A stretch of DNA of 64,000 bases from Squalus acanthias. Its lineage: Eukaryota. Numbering within the stretch: position 1 is the first letter of the stretch; every line of letters begins with the position of its first letter. The notes beneath the pieces were generated by a model. The model searched no databases and was not told the origin of the DNA. It saw only the letters and a list, made by a program, of their open reading frames with translations. Shown one piece after another: positions 48,627 to 59,595 of the stretch. Position numbers and translations under genes: made by a program. Location: NCBI GenBank assembly GCA_030390025.1, contig CM059432.1, positions 39,496,001-39,560,000 on the forward strand, given 5' to 3'.

Positions 48627-49388
48627 CACGATCAGGGGATTGAGTTGCTTGCAGGTCGCCTTCACAGCAAGCACTGCTGATAATGAGGACCTGCACAATG
48701 ATGCAACCTCCCCTTTAAGAGCTGGAAGGAGCCAGTGTGAAGGATCATTCCCGATTGCATTACACCTGAAATTCATTAGCGATCTGCTGGTAGCGCCCCT
48801 GTAGCACCCTAATGAGGTCATTAGCACCTGATTTAGCGCTCCAGCTCTCTCCTGGAGCGCTAACAGCCAATTTAGGGGAACCTTAGATTCATTAGCGCCT
48901 GCCGCTAATTTTTCAAGATTTCAAAAGTTAGCACCCCAAATGGGGGATAACGAATTTCTCCCCCATACATCTAAAAATCCTGAGTGGGACTAGAAAAGTA
49001 ATAATGTGGTTCTGACTATAATTTTCCAAAATTTTGAGGATAGGAAAATTGGTGAAACATGATTAATGAGGCCAGCATAAGTTTCTTAAATGGAAGCCAT
49101 GCTTGACTAATTTTATTGAATTCTTTGAAGAAATAACAGAAAGGACAGATAAAGGAAACACCGTGGATGTAGTTTATATGGATTTTCAAAGAGCATTTGG
49201 CAAAGGTACCACATAAGAGACTTACAGCAAAGATAATGGAACATGAAATTAAAGGAGATGTGGCCACATGGATAGAGTAAGAGATGGTAGGCAGAAGGCA
49301 AAGGGTAGAGGTAAAAGAAAATTTCTTGGCATGGAAAAGTCTTCTGAGTGGTGCTCCATGCGTTCTGTGTTACTGATCACACCAAAAT

Positions 49389-49607
49389 GAGAAGTCGCAC
49401 AACACCAGGTTATAGTCCAACAGATTTATTTAAAATTACAAGCTTTCGGAGCTGTTGCCCCTTCGTCAGGTAGAGTTACCTTTACCTGACGAAGGGGCAA
49501 CAGCTCCGAAAGCTCGTAATTTTAAATAAATCTGTTGGACTATAACCTGGTGTTGTGCGACTTCTCATTTTTGTCCACCCCAGTCCAACACCGGCATCTC
49601 CGCATCA
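49389..49607. mobile_element. Penelope-like element terminal fragment (inverted pseudo-LTR)
   Basis: ~88-bp near-perfect inverted repeat (49384-49472 / 49483-49571) plus 3' extension; 15-bp direct repeat TGATCACACCAAAAT at 49374-49388 and 49608-49622. Confidence 0.85.
49484..49518 (+). ncRNA. Minimal hammerhead-ribozyme-like motif (mirror copy on the minus strand at ~49437-49471)
   Basis: CTGACGA-A-GGGGC-AACA-GCTCC-GAAA-GCT: CUGANGA box, stem II hairpin, GAAA box. Confidence 0.55.
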
Positions 49608-49784
49608 TGATCACACCAAAATAGAGATTATGGCAAATTGTAACTAACATTGTGAAAGACTGTAGAAGGACATAGATAGCCTAGTAGGATGGGCAGAGTG
49701 GCAAACATAGTTCAGTGTAGAAAAATGTAAAGTAATTCATTTTACAAGTAAAAATATGGAAAGGAAATGCACCTTAAATAGTAA

Positions 49785-50230
49785 GGGGGCGAAAGTTGGT
49801 GCCTTTGCGCCTTCATTAGCATCTCCTGGGGGGGGCTAACGGGGCACAAACGACTTTGTAACCGGGCATGGCGCTGACATCAACTCCCGCCATATTCAGC
49901 GGGAGTTTTGCGGCAGAGCTACGCCATTGCGCCCCGATCTCCTTCACCCGGAGATCATGACATCATTGCCGTGCGCATCGCTCTGGTAGCGCCCCGGACC
50001 CGAAATTGACTTCCGCCCCAGCAGCGCCGGTCGAAAACACCGACAGCTGCAGGAGGCGTGCATCGGGCGTCTGGCCTCTCCGGGGGCGATGATTAAAGGC
50101 GAGGTGACCGAGGTAAGTAAAAAAAAAACTTACCTTTCTTGTTCCAGTTTTTTTCGCGGGTCCCTGCCCGCGATCGATCAGCCTGGCACTCTGCTTGAGT
50201 AGGATTACAGTTTTATGCACCCCATTAGTA
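49785..50230 (+). mobile_element. Harbinger left-end fragment related to copy D
   Basis: GGGGGCGAAAGTTGG terminus after TAA; shares CATTAGC..GGGGGG.GCTAACGG and CCCGGAGATCATGAC with 43171-43350. Confidence 0.8.
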
Positions 50231-50231
50231 G

Positions 50232-50845
50232 CAGACTTCAGGAGGACATAGGCAGACTGTTGAAATGGACAGACACATGGCAGATAAATTTTAATACAGA
50301 GAAGTGTGAAGTGATGCTTCACAAGGACAGGCAATATAAACTAAATGGTACAATATTAAAGGGGGGGCCAGAGACCCCGGGGGTTCACATACCCAAATTT
50401 TTGATGGTTAATAAGGCATATGGGATCCTTAGCTTTATAACTAGAGGCAGAGTGCAAAAGCAAAGAAGTTATTCTAAATCTTTATAAATCACTGCTTCGG
50501 CCTTAGGCCTCAGGAAGGATGTCAAGGCCTTGGAGAGGGTGCAGAGGAGATTTACTGGAACTATACCAGGGATGAGGGACTTCAATTATGTGGAGAGACT
50601 GGAGAAGCTGAAATTGTTCTCCTTAGGTTAAGGGAAGATTTAATAAAGGTGTTCAAAATTATGAAGGGTTCTTATAGCGTAAGTAAGGAGAAACTGTTCC
50701 AATGGCAGGAGGGTCTGTAACCAGAGGATACAAATTTAAAATAATTGGCAAAAGAACCAGAGAGGAGATGAGAACTTTTTTATGCAGCGAGTTGTTATGA
50801 TCTGGAATGCACTGCCTGAAAGGGTGGTGGAAGCAGATTCAATAG
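50232..50845 (+). mobile_element. CR1 RT C-terminal fragment
   Basis: RLQEDIGRLLKWTDTWQINFNTEKCEV; close to 9665-10370. Confidence 0.9.
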
Positions 50846-51660
50846 TCTTCTTCTGTCGTATGGTAGTAGCAAAGCAAATCAAATGTCAATATCTAAGTCC
50901 GATATCCAGGCCAAAGCTTCTTGAGTAACAGAGTGGATATCTTGTAGGCTGCCTGCGAATTTCCTCGGAGGGCAGTGCTCAATGATGTGCTCCAGGGTCT
51001 GATTAGGAGCTCCACAGTCGCATGATGGGGATGCTTTAATCTTCCATCTATGGAGAAGGTGGCAGCATCTACCATGACCAGTTGTGAGGCGGTTGATGGT
51101 TGTCCACTGTTTGCGGGGAAGGTATGACCCTTCAAGTTGTACTGTGGGGTCCTCTATAAGGAATCCATTCCGCATGTCACAGTTCTTCCAAACATTCCGC
51201 CATCGGTCATCAAGGCTGAGAGGAGATCACTGAAGGGCTTTGGCGACAGTCCAAAATGGCCTTCTAGATTTGAGACGGGTTGGTGGTAGGTTGTTCAAGT
51301 CGGCCTGGATCGGCGTGTCTTTGCTGGTGCAGCGGTTGTATTCTCTGGAGACTACATATTCGCGGCGTAGGTATGGTGGTGCGATGTTTGCAAGCACAGG
51401 CAACCAAGGTGTTGGTGTCGATAAAAGCGTACCGGTGATAATTCTCATACTAGAATTCAGCTGGACATCAACAGATTTGACATGTGGACTCGATAACCAT
51501 GCCGGGGAGCAGTACTCCACTGTAGAGTACACCAGGGTGAGTGTTGCTGTACAGAGGGTTTGAGTGTCTGCTCCCCATGTGGATCTGGCAAGTTTCTGGA
51601 TCAAGTTGACCCTACTCTTTAGTTTCTTCCCACGGTTCTGGAGATGCTGTCTATACGAAA
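50846..51660 (-). mobile_element. Ingi/Vingi-like LINE 3' region
   Basis: KLARSTWGA..TL.TATLTLVYSTVEYCSPAW..S.HVKSVD.QLN..MRIITG...LANIAPP; WTTINRL.TGHGR, CDCG...H...CP; tail CCATACGACAGAAGAAG. Confidence 0.75.
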
Positions 51661-51677
51661 TATTCCAGAAAAACATG

Positions 51678-52444
51678 GGCCTGGAAATTGCGGTTGAAGA
51701 CTTGCCGCCCACATACGCCTCCAAACCGAAAGAAAACTATGAACCTACCTGGTGTCTCCGGAGCTTCGGACTGTTCCAGTCCTGGGCCTGCGTAAAGGCC
51801 CACGGATCCCAGGGGCGGGTGCAGTTCGCAAGCATCCCTGGGATCACGTGGGCCTGGCAACCAATGACAAAGGGGGATTCCTATTATGCTTATAGGGTTT
51901 CCACTTATGTACAGAATCCCCATAAGCATAACAGAAATCACCTAATAAATAAAATTTCACACCACTTAAATAAAAATAAATGATCACAGGTTCAAAATTA
52001 ATTAAAATATCTTTTAATTAAAAATTTAAAATAAAAATTTAATTTTTTGAAAAATAAATGTAAACATTTTTAAACAGGACAAAATTTACCTAAACTAATT
52101 TTAAATGTAAGTGAATGTTTAAATCATTTAAAAAAAATTATTTTAACATTTATTTTAACCCTTACGCTGGTAAAAGAAGGCCTTATGCCTGCTTTTACCA
52201 GGCATAAGGGTTTTGTGGATATTTGCTGGGCAGTAGTTGGGCAAATAGCCCAACCCTGCGCCAGCGAAAGTGAATTTACAGCGAATGCGGCGGATCTGTC
52301 CAAGCGAAACTTAACAGATCGCAAGGTCCAGGTTTTTGTGCATGCGCAGCGCATGCAGAAACCTGGAACTTGCAGGGCTTTATACAAGGCTTCCGGCAGC
52401 ATACGCTGTGTGTACGCTGTCAGAAGCACCTTAAAATCCGGGCC
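51678..52444. mobile_element. Non-autonomous Harbinger-type MITE (family of 5494-6239, reversed)
   Basis: GGCCTGGAAATT...AAAATCCGGGCC with ATG on both flanks; shared GCATGCGC arm motif and AT-rich core. Confidence 0.75.
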
Positions 52445-52727
52445 ATGGTGTTGAATATTACAGAAGACGATGGGAATTAACATTTTTATTGATTGGGAAC
52501 AGTGAAGCATTATAATAGCCTAATATTGAAAACCGCCTTCCTTTCAAAAAAGGACTAGCTTATTAGAGCTAATGGTGTTTTTCTGTTCCTAACATTTCTT
52601 AAATCTTTATTCGCATTTTTCCAACAGATCGGCAATCTTTAAAATGTTAACTTTAAATAATGTAGTTTCAGGGTTAAGATTTTTTTAAACTACAAATGGC
52701 TAAATACTATGACCACTTCTATGTGTT

Positions 52728-52728
<1 letters not shown>

Positions 52729-52769
<41 letters not shown>
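52729..52769. repeat. (TG)n microsatellite
   Basis: About 20 uninterrupted TG units. Confidence 0.98.
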
Positions 52770-52772
<3 letters not shown>

Positions 52773-54496
52773 ATGTATGAAGCCGAAACCCTATTTTATT
52801 GAACAAATGATAATTAATATTCATTAAATACTTAACATTGACAACATCTAAAAAAACAATAATTTTCAGCACCCAAAGGCAAATTTGAAACAAAGCAGTG
52901 CTCACTATTATTTGCCAAGAAATATTTTCTGTTTGATTTAGTTCCATGTTCTGGCTGGAATACAATCAAAAATGTACTGTGGTCAAGAGCAGTTAACTGT
53001 GCCTTCTGCTTGCCAATTCATTCTGAATTTTATTTTTTAAGAAAACGATAGGGAGAGAAATTTCATCAATAAAACTATACATGTACATGTTTCACAAATG
53101 TTACAAGTGTCTCCTTTAAAGATATTTGGATAATTGGGCACATTATTCTTTCAGTTGCCTCACACACGTGTGTGATCGTTCATTTCAGATCTGCCTGTTA
53201 GAAGTGTTTATGAGTTCCATTAGTTCTTGCCTGAGCGTAGTGATGAGAGGCACTTTACTGTGGACAACTATGCCTGTTGTGCTCGCCCTATCTGGCTATA
53301 GGCAGCTATAGATCATAATTAAGCAGATGAAGAAATAAACAGCCCCACTCACTCTACTCTGCGAGCTGGAGTCTTAAGGTGTTGTCAGTGAAAGACCACA
53401 AATAGATTGCTTTTGTAATGCTGGTGTTTACCATATACAGGCAAAACGTTTACTTCAACTGTATGTGCACGGTAACATCATTAGCATGGATCTTAATGCA
53501 AACAATGCATAGTGTACAGCTGATGTGTAATCCCATTCTCCATCTTTTAACAAGCATTCATAAGACAATTAAGAAGTAAAATGTGTTGAGGTCCTTGGCA
53601 CCAGTTATTTACAAGATTTGGCTGCATTTATAGTGTCAAAAGGCTACAGAAAACTACTTTTCAGTACTTTTGATGAATATTTGCGCTACACAGAGGTTGC
53701 GAACTAATGCACTAAATTTATACACTGAACTTGAAGGTGCGGGTCAAGGGCAAAGAATCTAAAGAAAAGTTCTGAAATGCAGTAACTGTAGCATAAAAGC
53801 ATCCTGTTACAGTAAGTGAGAGGTCTCTCCAGAAGTGAAGGCATGAAGAATGAAGGGGGAGATTGTGTAGTTCCTTGCCAGGTTCCAGAACCCCAGACTA
53901 TAGAACCAGTCATGCACTACTCGCACAAAGAAATCTAATGCTGTATGAGCTCTGGCCAAGTGCTGAAGCCAAAATACAAAAAAACAAGGGTGGGAAGTGA
54001 GTAGCAGCTCTACCAAAACCCTGAATTTAATTTAAAAAAAATAATGACATAGTCAATAGTAATAACAGTGTGTGGAGCTGTATTGAATTCAAGCCATCCA
54101 AATATAGTAAGATATTTGGGGCTTTATGTTAAAAACAAATGTAAAACAAACTGCTCCAGATATTTTCCTCCCAATTTTTCCCCCTGCTCTCCTTAAGACA
54201 CATGACTGATATTTTCCTCCACTATACCTCCTAAAATTCAGCGGTATAGCAGCAGAAAAAGCAGGAAAATGGACCGGGGAGATCAATCGCCAGATCCCAG
54301 CCACTCAGAACACTGCCACCTCCCCCCCCACCACCATAGGAAACACAGCTACATGACCCTTGACCACAGGAGGGGACGGGGCCAGGGATACCGACTCATG
54401 GCTGAAGTATCTCCCTCCCCTATTACTGGCACTACATGATGGAGTAGCAGCAGGGCCCATTAATGGCCCACATAGAGGGAGAGAAAGAAAGAATGT

Positions 54497-54682
54497 GGCC
54501 TAGAAATACGTCTCGGGTGGTGGTGCAAAACGGGCGGTATCGATCGGCCGCCCGTTATACACAGCGCCTGATATTCATGTCCATTCACTGCAATAGAACT
54601 GAGTATCAGGCACTGTGTATAACAGGCAGCCGATCTGATACCGCCCGTTCTGCGCCACCGCCCACGACAAATTTCTAGGCCC
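54497..54682. mobile_element. Hairpin MITE inserted in a SINE tail
   Basis: GGCCTAGAAAT...ATTTCTAGGCC; arms ACGGGCGGTATC..TTATACACAG / CTGTGTATAA..GATACCGCCCGT. Confidence 0.85.
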
Positions 54683-55135
54683 TTGCATTTATATAGCGCC
54701 TTTCACGACCTCAGGATATCCCAAAGCGCTTTACAGCCAATGAAGTACTTTTGAAGTGAAATTAGTCACTGTTGTAATGTAAGGAAACATGGCAGCCAAT
54801 TGGCGCACAGCAAGGTCCCACAAACAGCAATGAGAAAATGACCAGACAATTTGATTTTTAGTGTTGTTGGTTGAGGGATAAATATTGGCCAGGACACCAG
54901 GAAAACTCTCTTCCTCTTCTTCAAATACTGCAGTGGGATCTCTTATGTCCACCTGAGAAAGCAGACAGGGCCTCGGTTTATCATCTTATCTGAAAGACGG
55001 CACCTCCAACAGTGCAGCACTCCCTCAATACTGGACTGAAGTGTCAGCCTGGATTATGTGCTCAAGTCTCTGTAGTGAGGCTTGAAACACCGACCTTCTG
55101 ACACAGAGGCAAAACTGCTACCACTGAGCCAAGTC
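54683..55135 (-). mobile_element. Full-length tRNA-headed Deu-domain SINE
   Basis: Minus-strand A box TGGCTCAGTGG, B-box-like TTTCAAGCC; body and tail match 33064-33367. Confidence 0.9.
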
Positions 55136-55482
55136 TGATCCTGATAATGTCCAGTAGTAGCCACCGCTCCCTCTCTTCTGCCCTATACCTCCTCCAGAAC
55201 TGTCCGCAGGTCATGGACAACCTTCAGTACAAATTTTCAAAGAAGGTCTTCGAGGCATTCAATCCAGCCTCCTCCTCTTTCTGGCATTGCAATACTGCTG
55301 AGTTTTTCTCCCAGGCAGTGGTGGGCTACCTGTATGAGTTGGAAATGCCACCGGAGCCCACCCTGCATCTTTAATAATGAGTTCTGACCCAGGAAAATAG
55401 GTCTGGGTCATGCCAGGGACCAGGAAGCCCCGACCTGATCCACCTCTGGCAGTTAATCACCCAGAAGGGAAATCCAATCCAC

Positions 55483-55790
55483 TGACTCTTGCTGGGGAAT
55501 AATTCTTGAGGTATCATTGTGATCAGATGTGCAGGAGATTGGCACAGACATTGTACTAATTTACCATTTTACAGATTTTCTGTCAGACATGCAGCTCTCC
55601 AGGAACCTACCCAAGGCCATTGTTAATGTGCAAGTCTTGAGGGCAACCATGGAGGCCATCACACCTAAGCCTGGCCATGTCCTCACCCACTATCCACAAA
55701 CAAGCACTTTTTGATTAATGTTTTTCTCCTCTCTAGCACAGAGCACTGCAGCCATTTGAAGTATTCCAACTGCTGCCTCAGCTAAGATCG
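55483..55790 (-). mobile_element. Unclassified SINE-like repeat
   Basis: Reverse complement co-linear with 33935-34232. Confidence 0.5.
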
Positions 55791-55837
55791 AGTATAGTTA
55801 GCTTTAATATAATGAAAAGAATCAACTGCAAATGCTA

Positions 55838-56282
55838 AAAAAGAAAGAATTTTAATTTTAAATTGCGCCTTTCATGACCTCAGGATGTCCCAAAGCACTT
55901 CACAGCCAATGAATTACTTTTGGAGTGTAGTCACTGTTGTTATGTCGGGAAATGCGATAGCCAATTTGTGCACAACAAGGTCCCACAAACAGCCATGAGA
56001 TAATGACTAGATAATCTGTTCTAGTGATGTTGGTTGATGGATAAATGTTGGCCAAGACACCAGCACTCCCCTGCTCTTCGAATAATTCCATGAGATCTTT
56101 TACGTCAAGCTGAGTGGGTAGACGGGGCCTCGGTTTAACGTCTCATCCAAAAGATGACACCTCTGAACGTACAGCACCCCCTCAGTACTGCATTGAATTG
56201 CTCAAATTATGTACTCAACTCTTTGGAGTGGGCATGACCTTTGTGACTCATATGTGAGAGTCCTACCACTGAACCAAGGCTA
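55838..56282 (-). mobile_element. Second, more diverged Deu-domain SINE
   Basis: Co-linear with 54683-55135 along its whole length. Confidence 0.88.
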
Positions 56283-56285
56283 TAA

Positions 56286-56430
56286 CAGAGAATGCTGAAA
56301 TACAGAGCAGGCTCATCTGCATCTGAAAAGAGAAAAGCTGGTTATTAGTGCAGCTAGAGACCTTTTGTCAGAATGAACTAAAGCCTTCTACCAGACAGGC
56401 CTCGATGTATTTCCAGCATTTTCTGTTTCA
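56286..56430. mobile_element. Decayed Penelope-type inverted terminal fragment
   Basis: ACAGAGAATGCTGAAATAC ... GTATTTCCAGCATTTTCTGT inverted ends. Confidence 0.5.
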
Positions 56431-58250
56431 TATAGTTTTAATGTAAAATTTTGCAGATATTATCGGATGGATACTCTGCTCAATAAGATTTTTTTCAGCT
56501 GTAGTCAAGCTCAATGTAAAAATATTTCCGGCTGCTCAAGGCACTTTGAAACGGGCAGAAATGAATCTATCAAAAAGGATGTTTAAAAGGGAACAAAAAA
56601 ATAAATAAATCTTTATTTTATTACACACATAAATAGCAGGAAAACATTGTTTATATCTTTTGGCTTTCAGAACAAACTGTCCCCTGAAGGTAATCATCCT
56701 CCCTGAAAAAAGTCTCATAAACAATTTACTGTTTAAAGGTGTACTGACTTTCACTCAGCTTATTTTATTCTTATCAAAGGTTTTTCCTGTCTGGTGATTC
56801 ATGCTGCCCATTTAGGCCTTTATTAAAAACACTATGATTCAATAAACCACATGGAAAGGTACAATAAATGCTTTGCATAGTTATTTTCAAATCAAATAAC
56901 TCTATAAGCTACTTAATGCACTCTTTGGCTCAGGACAGTATGGTAGTTCCAATCGTTTAAATATTCAGAATGTTATTACGGAGAACATCACAGTTAAAGA
57001 AAAAATGATGATAGACGAACTGACAGACTTTCTATCATTCTTAACTGATACTTTTCTAACTTGCTGTTAAAATATAATAATATTTTAGCTATTGGATTCT
57101 TCACAGAGTTAAGGTGACAATTATACACAGCTCAAGAATTTCACTCTCAGACAGGAAAGATTTCTCCTGTACGCTGTGTGTAATGGAATTGTAAACCCAT
57201 ACACAACAAATTTTTGATCTTGTAGCACATAGTACACACAGAATAACATCAACCCAATCCCCAATAAGATTACTGCCTTATAATTACTCGCAGATATCCA
57301 TTTATTTCTGTCTATTATTATCTTTATAATACCTATCAGATATAGAACTGATCGTTACAACATTGCGCATCAATGATAGTCCACTAGCTGTCACATCGAG
57401 AGGCACAGTCAGCCCACAAATGACTCAAATGTGGGTAAAAAAGACATCCTATTAAACATACAGTGCATATAAATTATAAACTCAGTTACCTTGGACTGGT
57501 TTTGAGGCAGTAATCTAATCTCTTAATACAGTGAACACTTCTAAACCATTCAAACCTTTCTCTTGCAGTTTGTTGTCATCTAAATCCTTCAAGAAAATGG
57601 TATTATTGTATTCACTTTCAGGTATTCATTATATTGTTAACTTGTGCCAAAGATTATTACTTTAGTACCAGTTTGATGCCATGTTGCTATGCAAATGTTA
57701 TCTTTAACATCCTTTAATTGTGCCATGTAATTATTTCTGCATTTGGTCCTCAAGGTAATGCTACAAAAATTAAAATATAAAGTTATAATTTTAAAATAAA
57801 TCTTACACTATATAATATGAACATCAAATGTCTGTCAGTGAGTTTCAGGCAGTAATTCAATCTCACAGTTTTTTTGACCTAACCAGAATCACTCAGTTGA
57901 TTTACTACTTTGGAACTCACCAGCAGCCATCCATTACCCTGTCCATAAGCTGTGTGAAGCTGTATGATGAAGAACAGAACCGCAAAATTGATGTTTTAAT
58001 GCATTTTCAAACACGTTATAAAAATTACATTTTATATTGCTTTAACTTTTAGCAAACATGCATATCGTCAGATGGACAGAGATGGGCAGTTCACTTGTAA
58101 CTCATTACAAATGTTCCTAAAATAACTTAGAAACTTTAATTTTGACAGTCAATGTTACAATCAACAGCTTTCCTACAGAATATCAATGACACAGCTCATA
58201 TTTGTTTCCTATGGAACATACTGGCACAGAGTAGTCACTTGGAACTTTTA

Positions 58251-58685
58251 GGGCCTAATTCGAAAGCGCCCGTTAATGAGCACAAAATGATCAGCGTGCT
58301 GAATACGTGTGCCCAAAGAGAGAGGGCCTCATTGAAATAAATCTGGCGAGCAGTGGGCACCAAACAGGCACCCCAATGCAACTCATTGGTATAGGCTCTT
58401 CAAATTTCAGGTGGGGGGGTGGTAAGCAGGAGGAGGGCAAGTGCAGCCCATAGTATTAATGTGGAGGCAGGAGGAGCACGCCACATTAAGGTGTAAAAAA
58501 AAAACTTAGCTACCAGTTTTTTCAGAGGCCTCCAGAAGTCCCTTTAAGGACCCCTCTTTTTTTCCCACTGCAGAGCCTGAAAAACTAGTCGCGATTGCGC
58601 AGCACAAGCTCTGACTAGTCTTAACAAATTTTTCTGAAAATGGTGCCAGGACCGCTTAAAAAATGGCCCCTGATGAATTTAGCCT
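58251..58685. mobile_element. Harbinger-type MITE
   Basis: GGGCCTAATTC ... GAATTTAGCCT; flanks TTA/ATA. Confidence 0.6.
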
Positions 58686-59595
58686 ATAAAACAAGCACAA
58701 CAATGTTGAATGTAAGCCTTTTAATTTCTTGTTTTGCAGAACACCAGGTATGGAGTTAACCATCACCTGCTGTAACAGAGCTGTTGGAGTACACGTGAGA
58801 GGGCATTAAGTTCCCTCACAACCAAATGCAAAGTTTTCTCAGCCTTGTAATAATCTGCTCTTGTGATGGTTTGCTCAATGTGCAATTGCTACAAAAAAAA
58901 ACTAAATATGGCCCCATTTGTAGGATTTTCAATTTTGGGACCAGATGTACAATAGTTTGAATCTACTGATAACTGTGTGCAGCAAAGGGTACTTGCTATT
59001 CCACAGCATATCAAAGAAATAACATTTAAACACTAATTCAAGTACAAAGGGGGCAATTTTGGCCAAATACTTTAGGTGCTAAAGAGGTAAAGAGGAGCCA
59101 AGATGGGGTCTTAAGCGGCAATGCCGGTTTAGCCCACATTTAGCACAAGGCGCCATCTTGGTAAAGGAGTTGAAACTAGTGCTAGGAACAGCCACCTGGA
59201 GGATCGTTAAGGGGCTGATTGACAATTAAATTGCCTGCTAGCGCTTATTAAAGAGGCTGCACGGCATCTTGGTGGATAACGCTTAATTTAACTACCTCCC
59301 CCAACAGTGACCAGCTGAACAGGGGTAAACAAGTATTTCGAGCACTATTTAAAGCTATGCTCAGCTTTCAACCTTCACTTGCTGATTGAGATCAACTGAC
59401 GACATTGTGTTTGAAGAGGACTTTTGAGACGCATCGGGAGACATTCTGGAACGCTTTGTCAAGACTTCAGCAACACTCTATCAACATTTTTCCTGGATAT
59501 TCTCTCAGGACTTCATCTAAAAAGAGTGAGCGTTGTACTCCTGTATCTTATTAGACACCTTGCAGGAGTCACCAAGAGAAAGGGAGTGGTTGGTC

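Larger units (their letters stand above)
43171..48964 (+). mobile_element. PIF/Harbinger transposon copy D (both ends)
   Basis: Perfect 12-bp TIR GGGGGAGAAATT / AATTTCTCCCCC; convergent transposase and Myb genes. Confidence 0.95.
42960..49784 (+). mobile_element. Old CR1 RT fragment (42960-43170 and 48965-49784) hosting nested insertions
   Basis: AEILNKYFASVFTEE...GHDS|IHLKIL rejoins across Harbinger D; then CLTNFIEFFEE, YMDFQRAFGKVPH. Confidence 0.85.

Noticed and set aside
51227..51724. 165-aa ORF as a gene
   Set aside because: Chimeric: the N-terminus comes from a MITE and the rest from a LINE fragment
55060..55135. tRNA gene
   Set aside because: The A/B boxes belong to a SINE head continuous with the Deu body; no complete cloverleaf
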